Source: Chlamydiota bacterium (GTDB lineage: Bacteria; Auribacterota; JACPWU01). From it: DNA of 32,000 nucleotides. Shown piece after piece: positions 1 through 8,880 of this stretch. Where the stretch lies: contig JACPWU010000009.1 of NCBI GenBank assembly GCA_016196885.1, forward strand, positions 8,400 through 40,399, given 5' to 3'. The notes beneath the pieces were generated by a model, which saw only the letters and a program-made list of their open reading frames with translations, searched no databases and was not told where the DNA came from. A program made the translations under genes and the position numbers. The stretch's first letter is position 1; each line of letters begins with the position of its first letter.

Positions 1-73
1 GTTTGTCAGCGCCTTTGATTGTCCAGAGAATTAAAAAAGAATTTGTAAAGGCTGTTTCTTCTACTGAAAAGAT

Positions 74-160
74 AGCGTACAGCGTCTAGCGTTTAGCGTA
101 TAGAAAAAATAAATATTCCTTTCTGACCATCCGCTAACCGCTCCACGCTGTCCGCTCAGG
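74..160. repeat. Heptamer-armed palindromic intergenic element, AGCGTNN family, full copy
   Basis: Left arm is AGCGTAC AGCGTCT AGCGTTT AGCGTAT AG (74-103). Core is AAAAAATAAATATTCCTTTCTGACC (104-128). Right arm is CCGCTAA CCGCTCC ACGCTGT CCGCTCA GG (131-160), an approximate reverse complement of the left arm. The element ends 4 nt before the tlyA ATG. Confidence 0.8.
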
Positions 161-164
161 TCTC

Positions 165-902
165 ATGCCTAAAAAAATTCGTATAGATCTCCTTCTGGTT
201 GATCGCCAATTTTTCCCAAGTCGCACCGATGCTCAGAAGGCCATTCTGGCTGGTTTTGTGAAGGCGTCTTCTCAGTTGGTTCACAAATCCAATGAGCTTT
301 TCGATCCGGAGGTCCCCATTGAAATTTTGGCAAAGAGGCGTTATGTCAGCCGAGGGGGAGAAAAATTAGGAGGGGCCCTTGAATCTTTTTCCATTTCTGT
401 TGCCGGAAAGACGTGTTTGGATGTAGGGGCATCTCATGGGGGCTTTACCGATTGCCTCCTTCAGCACGGGGCCGAAAAGGTGTATGCGGCAGATGTGGGA
501 TATGGGCAGTTGGATGTTTCTTTGAGGCAAAATCCAAAAGTAATCGTTCTTGAGAAAGTGAATGCCCGTTATTTTAAGGCAACAGATTTTCCCGAGAAAA
601 TGGATTTGGCCACCGTTGATGTTTCTTTTATCTCGCTTGAAAAGATTTTGCCGGCTTTGATTCCGCTTCTTAAAGAGGAGGGCGTCGTTCTTGCCTTGGT
701 GAAACCTCAATTTGAAGTAGGAAAGGGTCGTGTAGGCAAGGGCGGTGTGGTTCGAAGTGAAAAGGACAGATTAGAAGCAGTTGAGAAGGTGAAGAATTTT
801 GGAATGGCCCTGGGGTTAAAATATTTGGGGACAGAAACTTCGACTCTCAAGGGCCCGGCGGGGAATGTGGAGTATTTTATTTATTTTCGTATTTTCATGT
901 AA
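165..902 (+). CDS. tlyA: TlyA-family rRNA 2'-O-methyltransferase (S4-like N-terminus + FtsJ-like SAM methyltransferase)
   Basis: 245-aa ORF. It has an S4-like N-terminus (RIDLLLVDRQFFPSRTDAQKAI), a YVSRGGEKL motif and a SAM-binding CLDVGASHGGFTDCLL motif, all typical of TlyA. Confidence 0.85.
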   Translation: MPKKIRIDLLLVDRQFFPSRTDAQKAILAGFVKASSQLVHKSNELFDPEVPIEILAKRRYVSRGGEKLGGALESFSISVAGKTCLDVGASHGGFTDCLLQHGAEKVYAADVGYGQLDVSLRQNPKVIVLEKVNARYFKATDFPEKMDLATVDVSFISLEKILPALIPLLKEEGVVLALVKPQFEVGKGRVGKGGVVRSEKDRLEAVEKVKNFGMALGLKYLGTETSTLKGPAGNVEYFIYFRIFM

Positions 903-1155
903 TACGTCTACGTCTTTTGGGCAAATTTTGGTAAAAGTGAAATTTAGCCAATTCGAGTTGCGCGGTAACAACAGGACGATTCAGTTGCCAATCTCCTAAA
1001 AACAAAAATTTCTTTGCCTCAGACTTGGTTTCATTTAGAAATCGGACATCATCCAGCAAAAAGAAAACTCAACTATAAAAAGCTCACTTATTTCTGAAAA
1101 ATCTTATGTCACATCTGCCCCAGTATTGTATGATATCCCCTTGGAGATGCTCTCA

Positions 1156-1773
1156 ATGGGTAGAATGAAGTTGATTCTTTTGGGTATGGGATTTGTTCTA
1201 TTTTTGGGTTTTTTCCCAAATCAGGTTTTCCCAGAAAAGGAAAGAATGATGAAAAAAGCGACATTTGCAGCCGGGTGTTTTTGGGGGGTGGAGAAGATTT
1301 TCGCGCAGTTGCCGGGCGTGGTTTCGACACGCGTCGGGTATTCGGGGGGAAATAAGCCTAACCCCACCTATGAACAAGTATGCATGGGAAACACAGGGCA
1401 TGCGGAGGCGATGGAAGTTACTTATGACCCTTCAAAGATTTCTTATGAGGAACTTCTCATCACTTTTTGGCAATATCACGATCCGACCACGCTCAATCGG
1501 CAGGGACCTGATCGGGGAAGCCAATACCGCTCCGTCATTTTTTATCACGATGAAGACCAAAAGGCAGCCGCCCAAAAATCCAAAGAGATTTTAGAGAGAG
1601 AAAAGGTTTTCAAGAATTCCATCGTGACGGAGATTGTTCCCGAGCAGCCTTTTTATCAAGCGGAAGAATATCACCAACAATATCTGAAGAAAAATCCGGG
1701 AGGGTATTGCTCTGGCCATCTACAGTCAGACCGGATTGAAGAGGTGTTAAAAGTCGTGGTTCGTCGTTCGTGA
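1156..1773 (+). CDS. msrA: Peptide-methionine (S)-S-oxide reductase MsrA, possibly with N-terminal signal/anchor
   Basis: Catalytic GCFWGVE motif and [19 protein letters not shown]. The track ORF starts at TTG 1126. ATG 1156 has GGAG 9 nt upstream and gives a hydrophobic N-terminus ([20 protein letters not shown]). ATG 1246 (MMKKATF), preceded by AAGGAAAG, would give a cytoplasmic form. The last residues (VVVRRS) are read from a heptamer array. Confidence 0.88.
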   Translation: MGRMKLILLGMGFVLFLGFFPNQVFPEKERMMKKATFAAGCFWGVEKIFAQLPGVVSTRVGYSGGNKPNPTYEQVCMGNTGHAEAMEVTYDPSKISYEELLITFWQYHDPTTLNRQGPDRGSQYRSVIFYHDEDQKAAAQKSKEILEREKVFKNSIVTEIVPEQPFYQAEEYHQQYLKKNPGGYCSGHLQSDRIEEVLKVVVRRS

Positions 1774-1838
1774 AACGTATTTCGTTAAAGGAATTTTGCT
1801 TATAAACGAGTGACGGTTCGCGAAATACGAACGACGGC
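1753..1838. repeat. Heptamer-armed palindromic element, TTCGTCG family, between convergent genes; likely bidirectional terminator
   Basis: Left arm is GTCGTGG TTCGTCG TTCGTGA AACGTAT TTCG. Core is TTAAAGGAATTTTGCTTATAAAC. Right arm is GAGTGAC GGTTCGC GAAATAC GAACGAC GGC. CGTCGTTCG (1762-1770) pairs with CGAACGACG (1828-1836), and GTATTTCG (1777-1784) pairs with CGAAATAC (1821-1828). The element is followed by CTTTTAAG. It overlaps the msrA 3' end and abuts the anti-sigma stop codon. Confidence 0.75.
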
Positions 1839-1840
1839 TT

Positions 1841-2665
1841 TTAAGAAATGACTTCATTCCCAGCCAGAGTTGCCAAATCCTCCACTTCATTTTGTTTCAT
1901 GCGGCCCACGAAGACGCAGAGGTTCTGACCGTTTCTAAAAATGATGATTTTATAAGGCGGAACTCTGTAAAAATAATAATAAACATGTCTTCCCCGAACC
2001 ACTCTTTTTAAATTTTCTGGAAAATCGATGGCCGGATCTTTCAGAATAAAATGAGATAGTTGATGAGAGCCTCTGAAATAAAGAATCGTGGCAATAGGTT
2101 GTCCAGAGATGCGTTCGCCAGAGGCAAGACAAATGCTTCGAGGTGCATATCCTAATTTTTCCAAATTGTAATGAGAGATGTAAATGCCGGATTTCTGTGA
2201 GAAAAAAGCGCGTGCCCTTTCAAGATTTTCGTTGAACCCTCTTGGCATTTGCGAAGAAATTCCGCCATTTAAAAATTGTTTGTGGAGCTCAACAGATTGA
2301 TTGACCAGGGTATCGGCATTGAGCTTCTGAGGCCAGATGAAATAATAAGAGAGGGTGGCAACCAAGGTTAAGGTGGCTGCAATGGCAGAGCCCCAGATGA
2401 CAAGGTGTCTTCTCAAATCAAAGAAGTGAAGGATTTTCGCTCGAGGTGTGAGAAGGGGAGGTCTTATCTTTTCCCAAAGAACTTCAGGGACACTTGATTT
2501 CTTTAATTTTTCTTTGAAGAATTCTTGTAATTGTTTCTCGCCTTCAAAGAATTCGCTGCACGACGGACATAAGTCTAAATGGGTCAGGATTTCAAGATTT
2601 TCTTGAACGCCCAGCTCATTGTCTAAAAAGAGATAGAGTTGAAGTTTTGCCTCAGGACATTTCAT
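1841..2665 (-). CDS. Anti-sigma factor (zf-HC2 type) with one TM helix and an uncharacterised extracytoplasmic domain
   Basis: N-terminal H-x3-C-x2-C motif (HLDLCPSC). One TM segment (VIWGSAIAATLTLVATLSYYFIW). ATGA start/stop overlap with the upstream ECF sigma gene. Confidence 0.75.
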   Translation of the reverse strand: MKCPEAKLQLYLFLDNELGVQENLEILTHLDLCPSCSEFFEGEKQLQEFFKEKLKKSSVPEVLWEKIRPPLLTPRAKILHFFDLRRHLVIWGSAIAATLTLVATLSYYFIWPQKLNADTLVNQSVELHKQFLNGGISSQMPRGFNENLERARAFFSQKSGIYISHYNLEKLGYAPRSICLASGERISGQPIATILYFRGSHQLSHFILKDPAIDFPENLKRVVRGRHVYYYFYRVPPYKIIIFRNGQNLCVFVGRMKQNEVEDLATLAGNEVIS

Positions 2666-3225
2666 GGCTTCACCTTGCCCTCCTGGGGGCGAACGATGCC
2701 TCTTTCCTTTGCATAAGAGAAAAGTTCTTCTTTTAAGAATTTTCGGGCCCTGAAAAGTCGAGACATCACGGTCCCGATGGGGCAGCCTACCACTTCGGAG
2801 ATTTCTTGATATGAAAAATCTTCTACCGTTGCCAAAAGAAAAACGAGACGATATTCTGGAGGCAAATGATCCAGGGCAACGCTTACTTCGTCTTCTACTT
2901 GGTCACGCAAAAGTTCAATTTGGTCCAATGAGAAAGAAGGCTGTTCTTTGACAATTTCTTCATAAATGGGTTCCACCGTCGAGAAATCGGTGAGGGGTGG
3001 CTCTTTCGATTTTTTGCGGTATTGGTTGATATAGGTATGGGTCATGATTTTAAAGATCCACGCCTTAAAATTTGTTCCTTTCTCAAATTTGTCGTAGTTG
3101 CGAAAGGCCTTCAAAATAGCCTCTTGAACGAGGTCTTTAGCATCAGCCTCATTGCGAGTCATTCGTAAGGCTGTGTGATACAATGGATTAAAATGTTCTT
3201 GGATCAGTGTCTCAAATTCTTGCAT
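2662..3225 (-). CDS. ECF-type RNA polymerase sigma-70 family factor
   Basis: Region 2 (DLVQEAILKAFRNYDKF) and region 4 HTH (SYQEISEVVGCPIGTVMSRLFRARKFL). The track start is GTG 3237. ATG 3225 has GGAG 6 nt upstream and is preferred. Confidence 0.9.
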   Translation of the reverse strand: MQEFETLIQEHFNPLYHTALRMTRNEADAKDLVQEAILKAFRNYDKFEKGTNFKAWIFKIMTHTYINQYRKKSKEPPLTDFSTVEPIYEEIVKEQPSFSLDQIELLRDQVEDEVSVALDHLPPEYRLVFLLATVEDFSYQEISEVVGCPIGTVMSRLFRARKFLKEELFSYAKERGIVRPQEGKVKP

Positions 3226-3284
3226 GGAAATCTCCACTTAATGAAACAAAAAAAGAAGGGGATTTATTTCTCATAGTTTAATGG

Positions 3285-3351
3285 GTTTTAAGGTTTTTAT
3301 CTCTTGTTTTTTACAATTGACTTACGACTCATAACGATCGACTCACGACTG
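3285..3351. repeat. Partial heptamer element: inverted-type core plus single arm (GACTNAC family) immediately upstream of mfd
   Basis: Core GTTTTAAGGTTTTTATCT (3285-3302) closely matches the core at 30500-30520 (GTTTTAAGCGGTTTTTTATCT). The arm is GACTTAC GACTCAT AACGATC GACTCAC GACTG (3319-3351). Its reverse complement matches the left arm at 7541-7572 at about 26/32 positions. Confidence 0.7.
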
Positions 3352-3356
3352 TTTTT

Positions 3357-6300
3357 ATGACACATCCGATTCTTAAAAATCTTCATTTTTTCGAAGAGGT
3401 CTTGAAAAAGGTCCACGAGGGTTCTCGCATTCAGATGAGTGGCCTTTGGGATTCTTCCAAGGCGGCCTTGGCAGCTTGTCTTGCGGATCATTTCCAAAAA
3501 CGGATTCTGGTGGTGACTCCAGGATTGGGAGAAGCCGAGAGATTCTATCGGGATTTTTCTTTTTTTTCTGGAATCTCATGCCACCTTTTCCCCGCTTGGG
3601 AAACCTTGCCGCATGAGAATGTGACCCCTCATGTGGATATTGTAGGAGAGCGCTTTGGGACCCTGATGACCCTTTTAGAATCCGAAAGACCTGAATGCGT
3701 CATCGCCCCTGTCGAGACGCTGCTCTGGAAAATTCCTAGCCCAGAGTCATTTAAAAAAATGATTTTAAATTTATCTTGCGGGGATGAAATTCCTTTGCGC
3801 TTTTTAATGGAGCGTCTTGTAGAGCTGGGTTATTCCAGAGGGGCTGTGGTGGAAGAGAAGGGCCGTTTTGCAGTGAGGGGTGGCATTCTCGATTTTTATT
3901 CTCTGCAAGAGGATTTTCCCTACCGGGTGGAATTCGAGGCTGATCGCATTGTTTCTTTGAGGGTTTTTGATCCTCAGAGTCAGGTTTCTTTGAAACAAGT
4001 AGAACGGGCCAAGATTTTGCCTGCCTTTGAGTTGGAATTAAGACAAAAGAAAAATTTATCATGGGGAAATCTTTCGGATTTTTTTTCAAGTGATTTTTTG
4101 CTCGTCTTGGATGAGGCCGCAAATATTTTTGAAAAGGCGCAATCTCTGGAGAGGGCAAGCGATTTTGGGGTTAAGGTGTTGAAAAATCCCAGAGGTCTTG
4201 AGTTTTATCTTTCTGAGATGGAAGGGCCAGGGGGTGATGAAAAGATGGAGCGAATGGCTTTTTCTATCCAGAGGTCTTGTTCTTGGGAAGATTTGAGAGT
4301 AGAAAATTTGAACGAGGAATGGGGTGATCATCCTCTGCGAATTTTTTCAAAAATCGGCGAGAAGACGCGAGAGGGATTTCACATTTATTTTGTGGTGAAG
4401 AAAGAGGCAGAAGGAGAGAGGCTGAAGGAACTTCTTCAGGAGAAGAAGATGTGGAAAGAAGCCGTGCACCATGTTGTGGTCGGGGACCTTTCAAGGGGCT
4501 TTGTACTTCCCCTTGAAAAAAAGGCCATTCTTACCGACGAAGAAATTTTTGGGAGATTGAGGGTGCGTCCCGTTCGGACAAAGGTTCGTAAAAGTCTTCC
4601 CGTCCAGGAATATTCCCAGTTTGAGGTGGGAGACTGTGTGGTGCATGGGGTGCATGGGATTGCAAGATATCGGGGGGTGAGTCGTAACAGTCAGGGGAAG
4701 CGGGGAGAATATTTAACTTTGGAATATGCGAATCAGGCCAAGCTTTATGTTCCGGTGGATCAAATTGAACTGGTGGAGCGTTACATTGGGATCAAGGGGC
4801 AGGTCCCGCGGTTGAGCCGCTTGGGTCGGGGGGAGTGGGAACGCTCGAAGAAAAAGGCCGAAGGGGCGATTCACGATTTTGCGGCGGAGCTTCTGGATCT
4901 CCAGGCCAAACGCGAGGCTTTGGGGGGCTACGCCTTTGGGCGTGATACGCCATGGCAGAACGAGTTTGAGGCTTCCTTTATTTATGAAGAGACACCGGAC
5001 CAATGGCAGGCGATTGAGGAGGTGAAGCGGGATCTGGAATCTCCTCAACCCATGGACCGCTTGGTTTGCGGCGATGTGGGGTATGGGAAAACGGAGGTGG
5101 CCATTCGGGCGGCTTTTAAGGTGGTGATGGAGGGAAAACAAGTCGCCATCCTTGTTCCGACAACGGTTTTAGCGCAGCAGCATCTTTACACATTTCAGGA
5201 GCGATTTTCGGGATATCCGATTCAGGTGGAAATGCTCTCGCGGTTTCGCAGCGAGTCTGAGCAGGGGAAAATCTTAAAGGACTTGAAAGAAGGAAAATTA
5301 GATGTGGTGATTGGGACGCATCGCCTTTTAAATCAAGATGTGGTTTTTAAAGATTTGGGGTTGCTGGTGATTGATGAAGAACAGCGCTTCGGTGTTTTCG
5401 CCAAAGAAAAATTAAAGAAGATGAGGATTTCGGTGGATGTTTTAACGCTGAGTGCAACCCCCATCCCTCGGACCCTCTATTTGTCTTTGATGGAGGCCAA
5501 AGACATGAGCCTCATCATGACCGCACCTCAAAATCGCTTGCCCATAGAAACAGTTCTGGCGGCCTATGATGACCAGATGGTTCGAGATGCCATTGTTCGG
5601 GAAGTGGCGAGGGAAGGGCAGGTGTTTTTCATCCACAATCGTGTGGGAAGCATTTATCGCATGAAGGAAAGGCTCGAAAAATGGGTTCCGGGTGTTCATT
5701 TTGAAGTGGCGCATGGCCAAATGCCAGAGGATGAATTGGAAGAGGTGATGAAAAATTTTATAGAGGGGAAAATTCAGGTATTGGTTTCAACCAATATTGT
5801 AGAGTCGGGTCTTGATATCCCGAATGCGAATACCATTATCATAGATCGCTCAGAACATTTTGGGTTGGCGGATCTTTATCAATTGAGGGGACGGGTGGGG
5901 CGTCTCCATCGCAGGGCCTATGCCTATTTGCTTTATTCTCGAAATGGGATTTTGACGAAGGATGCCAAGCTCCGGCTAAAAACCATTGAGGACTTTAAGG
6001 AGCTGGGCTCTGGATTTAAGGTGGCCATGCGGGATTTGGAGATTCGAGGAGCTGGAAATATTCTGGGGCGAGCGCAGCATGGGCAAATTTCGGCCGTTGG
6101 ATTTGGACTTTATTGCCGGTTGCTGCAGGCTTCCATTCGTCGGATCAAAAAAGAGGAAGTGAAGGAACGCCACCCCGTGGGCTTGCAATTGGGGTTGGAC
6201 CTCACTTTGCCGCCAGAGTATATTCCAGATGATTCTTTGAGACTGCAAATGTATCGCAAGATTTTTGAAGTGGACTCTTCGCAAAAATTGGTCCAGGTGT

Positions 6301-6572
6301 CTCAGGAATTGATAGATCGCTTTGGTCCACTTTCCGCACAAGTACTTTTGTTGATCGAGGCAGCTTCTTTGAAAAACTTGGCGCGGTCTTTGGGGATCAC
6401 CCTGATTCAAATTTATCAGGGTAAGGTTTATTTTAAGAGGGGGTCCGCTATTTTAAGGATGGAGATATGTCCCCCTGCAAAGGATTCATTGTCTTTGGTT
6501 CGAGATTTACGAAAGTTATTGAAAGGGTCTAAGGTGTATGGTAGCTTGAGGTTAAGGAGGGGAAAGACATGA
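3357..6572 (+). CDS. mfd: Transcription-repair coupling factor Mfd
   Basis: 1071 aa. CarD-like RNAP-interacting domain (FEVGDCVVHGVHGIARYRG). Superfamily-2 helicase motifs (GDVGYGKTEVA, DEEQRFG, LSATPIPRT, QLRGRVGR). TRG-like segment. Confidence 0.95.
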   Translation: MTHPILKNLHFFEEVLKKVHEGSRIQMSGLWDSSKAALAACLADHFQKRILVVTPGLGEAERFYRDFSFFSGISCHLFPAWETLPHENVTPHVDIVGERFGTLMTLLESERPECVIAPVETLLWKIPSPESFKKMILNLSCGDEIPLRFLMERLVELGYSRGAVVEEKGRFAVRGGILDFYSLQEDFPYRVEFEADRIVSLRVFDPQSQVSLKQVERAKILPAFELELRQKKNLSWGNLSDFFSSDFLLVLDEAANIFEKAQSLERASDFGVKVLKNPRGLEFYLSEMEGPGGDEKMERMAFSIQRSCSWEDLRVENLNEEWGDHPLRIFSKIGEKTREGFHIYFVVKKEAEGERLKELLQEKKMWKEAVHHVVVGDLSRGFVLPLEKKAILTDEEIFGRLRVRPVRTKVRKSLPVQEYSQFEVGDCVVHGVHGIARYRGVSRNSQGKRGEYLTLEYANQAKLYVPVDQIELVERYIGIKGQVPRLSRLGRGEWERSKKKAEGAIHDFAAELLDLQAKREALGGYAFGRDTPWQNEFEASFIYEETPDQWQAIEEVKRDLESPQPMDRLVCGDVGYGKTEVAIRAAFKVVMEGKQVAILVPTTVLAQQHLYTFQERFSGYPIQVEMLSRFRSESEQGKILKDLKEGKLDVVIGTHRLLNQDVVFKDLGLLVIDEEQRFGVFAKEKLKKMRISVDVLTLSATPIPRTLYLSLMEAKDMSLIMTAPQNRLPIETVLAAYDDQMVRDAIVREVAREGQVFFIHNRVGSIYRMKERLEKWVPGVHFEVAHGQMPEDELEEVMKNFIEGKIQVLVSTNIVESGLDIPNANTIIIDRSEHFGLADLYQLRGRVGRLHRRAYAYLLYSRNGILTKDAKLRLKTIEDFKELGSGFKVAMRDLEIRGAGNILGRAQHGQISAVGFGLYCRLLQASIRRIKKEEVKERHPVGLQLGLDLTLPPEYIPDDSLRLQMYRKIFEVDSSQKLVQVSQELIDRFGPLSAQVLLLIEAASLKNLARSLGITLIQIYQGKVYFKRGSAILRMEICPPAKDSLSLVRDLRKLLKGSKVYGSLRLRRGKT

Positions 6573-7537
6573 ATGGAAGAAGCAAGGAGAGATTATCCAA
6601 TTCATTTTTTGTTCTCTTTCTTTCCCTTTTCCTTTCATGCCTTTCTCTTTCCCACTCTGCTGTTGTCTCTCGCGTGGTTGCAGAAGTCAATGGAGAAATC
6701 ATCACTTCTCAAGAGTTGGATCAAGTGCTTCGGCCTCTTTACGCAAAATACAAAAGGGCCTATTCGGGAGAAGAACTGAATAAACATATGGAGGAGGCCA
6801 GGCGAGACGCCCTTTCTCAATTGATTGAGCGCAAATTGGTTCTTCAAGAAGCTAAAAAGCAAAACATTCAAATTGAAGACAAGAAAGTGGAGGAGCGTTT
6901 TCAGGCTGTTAAATCCAAGTTTGATTCGGACGATGAATTTTATTATGCCTTGGAGAAAGAGGGGATGACAACGGACCAGTTGAGAGAAAATATTCGAGAG
7001 CAGCTTTTGGTCAAGACGCTTTCTCGGCAAGAGATCTTGAGGTCTATCCATGTTCGTCCCAAGGAGGTCAGCGATTATTACAGTCAAAATACTCAAAGAT
7101 TTTCAGAACCTGAAATGGTTCAAATGGGCCAGATCTTGGTCAAAAAAGGAGATCATGCCGAGGCCGCCAAGCAAAAAATAGAGGAGGCTCAAAAAAAGTT
7201 GAAAGGGGGGACTTCTTTTGAGGCGGTGGCCAAAGAATATTCTGAAGATCCTTACGCGAAGGAGGGAGGAGACATGCCCTTTTTCGCCAAAGGCAATTTG
7301 ATGAAGGAAATTGAAGATGAGGCCTTTTCAATGGAGGTGGGCCAAACGAGTGAAACCATCGAAAGCGATCTAGGGTATCATATTTTAACTTTGAAAGCCC
7401 GTAAGCAGGATCGGGTGAAGCCCCTTTCTGAAGTTTATTCTGAGATTGAGGAAGAACTTTATCAGCAGAAGGTCGAAGCATTCCACGAGAAATGGGTGGA
7501 GAAATTGAAGAAAAAGGCCCATGTGGTGGTGTATTAA
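6569..7537 (+). CDS. SurA/PrsA-like periplasmic peptidyl-prolyl isomerase (SurA N-domain + one parvulin domain)
   Basis: Signal peptide-like N-terminus (FFVLFLSLFLSCLSLSHS). Parvulin/PpiC rotamase motifs (GGDMPFF...ESDLGYHIL). ATGA overlap with the mfd stop and AAGGAGG upstream. Confidence 0.8.
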   Translation: MNGRSKERLSNSFFVLFLSLFLSCLSLSHSAVVSRVVAEVNGEIITSQELDQVLRPLYAKYKRAYSGEELNKHMEEARRDALSQLIERKLVLQEAKKQNIQIEDKKVEERFQAVKSKFDSDDEFYYALEKEGMTTDQLRENIREQLLVKTLSRQEILRSIHVRPKEVSDYYSQNTQRFSEPEMVQMGQILVKKGDHAEAAKQKIEEAQKKLKGGTSFEAVAKEYSEDPYAKEGGDMPFFAKGNLMKEIEDEAFSMEVGQTSETIESDLGYHILTLKARKQDRVKPLSEVYSEIEEELYQQKVEAFHEKWVEKLKKKAHVVVY

Positions 7538-7540
7538 AAA

Positions 7541-7616
7541 CAGTCGTGAGTCGTGAGGGATGAGTCGTGAGTAAAAAATAACTCCTTTAAAACTCACGAC
7601 CCACGACCCACAACTG
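7541..7616. repeat. Heptamer-armed palindromic element, GTCGTGA family, full copy
   Basis: Left arm is CA GTCGTGA GTCGTGA GGGATGA GTCGTGA GT (7541-7572). Core is AAAAAATAACTCCTTTAAAAC (7573-7593). Right arm is TCACGAC CCACGAC CCACAACTG (7594-7616). It lies between the surA-like stop and the pdxA ATG. Confidence 0.8.
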
Positions 7617-7621
7617 TCTTT

Positions 7622-8617
7622 ATGAAACCCATCATTGCAATCACCCTGGGGGATGTGGCAGGTATTGGCCCTGAAGTTGTAGCCAAGGCCCTCGCTCGGG
7701 ACGAGATTTGGAAGGTTTGTCAGCCTTGGGTGTATGGCCCGCCAGGTGTTTTGGAACACACTTCAAAGTTTCTAGAGAAATCCCTTCGGGAAATTTTCTT
7801 TGGCAAATCCATCAAAGGGAAAATTTTAATTCGTCCTGTTGGAAAAATTTCTCTCGATTTAGTAGGTTCAGGCCAAATGAGTCAAGAAGTTGCCAAGGCA
7901 GCGTTAGATGCAGTCCATGCTGCGGCAAGAGATGCACTTGAAGGAAAGGTGCAGGCCTTGGTGACGGCCCCGCTTCATAAAAAAAACGTTCGTCAGGTAA
8001 ATCCTCAATTTTTAGGACATACAGAATTTTTAGCAGATCTGACTCAAACTCGCAGTGTTGTGATGATGATGGCAAGTCCTCGTTTGAAAGTGGCGCTTGT
8101 GACCACCCATGTTCCTTTGAAAGAGGTTTCAAAAAATGTGACACGAGAGAAGATATTCAATGTTATTTCCATTTTTCATGAGGCGTTGGAAAGCGCGGGA
8201 CTCAAAAAACCCAAAATCGGTGTGTGTGCTCTTAATCCTCATGGCGGAGAAGATGGAGGAGAAGAGGAGAAAAAAAAGATTGGACCCGCAGTGAGATTAG
8301 CTCAGAAAAAAGGGATGAATGTCGAAGGCCCTTTTTCAGCAGATACCTTGTTTTATAAGGCATGGCAGGGGAAATACGATGGCGTTGTCTCAATGTATCA
8401 TGATCAGGGTTTGGCCCCTCTTAAAATGATGGCTTTTGATGAAGCCGTGAATGTGACGTTGGGGCTTCCCTTTGTGAGAACTTCTCCCGATCACGGGACG
8501 GCTTATCCTATCGCAGGGCGTGGCATTGCAAGCCCAGAAAGCATGGTTTCAGCGATTCAGATGGCTGCACGGCTTGTAAAAAGGGAGATCCGGCAAATTT
8601 ACAGGTCAGTTCATTAA
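7622..8617 (+). CDS. pdxA: 4-hydroxythreonine-4-phosphate dehydrogenase PdxA
   Basis: 331 aa with PdxA-family motifs (ITLGDVAGIGPE, GHTEFLA, LNPHGGE, SPDHGTA). Confidence 0.9.
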   Translation: MKPIIAITLGDVAGIGPEVVAKALARDEIWKVCQPWVYGPPGVLEHTSKFLEKSLREIFFGKSIKGKILIRPVGKISLDLVGSGQMSQEVAKAALDAVHAAARDALEGKVQALVTAPLHKKNVRQVNPQFLGHTEFLADLTQTRSVVMMMASPRLKVALVTTHVPLKEVSKNVTREKIFNVISIFHEALESAGLKKPKIGVCALNPHGGEDGGEEEKKKIGPAVRLAQKKGMNVEGPFSADTLFYKAWQGKYDGVVSMYHDQGLAPLKMMAFDEAVNVTLGLPFVRTSPDHGTAYPIAGRGIASPESMVSAIQMAARLVKREIRQIYRSVH

Positions 8618-8712
8618 GTTCTATTCATAAATTCTGACAGTACTAAGGATAAAAAGGTTAAAAACCATAACCAGAAATATTATTCATGTAGGGTGGGATA
8701 TGGCCTCCTTAG

Positions 8713-8727
8713 TAAATACTACTTTAC
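8713..8727 (+). repeat. 15-bp direct repeat TAAATACTACTTTAC, copy 1
   Basis: Exact copy of 8866-8880. It lies inside a GTAGGGTGGG ... CCCACC interrupted palindrome (8688-8733). Confidence 0.6.
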
Positions 8728-8865
8728 CCACCTTCGCAATAAACTTTGAGGTTTTTGATAGAAAGATAGGCGTTGCTGGGTATGAAATTCTGTGATCAAG
8801 CAAAGTGGGGCTTCGGTGGGTTATGCTTGGGATGGTGCCTGAGTGTTTTAAGAATGCTCCAAATA

Positions 8866-8880
8866 TAAATACTACTTTAC
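8866..8880 (+). repeat. 15-bp direct repeat TAAATACTACTTTAC, copy 2
   Basis: Exact copy of 8713-8727. It abuts the palindrome at 8879-8898. Confidence 0.6.

Noticed and set aside
903-1155. Long spacer upstream of msrA examined for a riboswitch, ECF promoter or heptamer element
   Set aside because: I found only a short ACGTCT ACGTCT duplication and a weak extended -10-like TGTATGAT with a poor -35. This is too weak to report as a feature.
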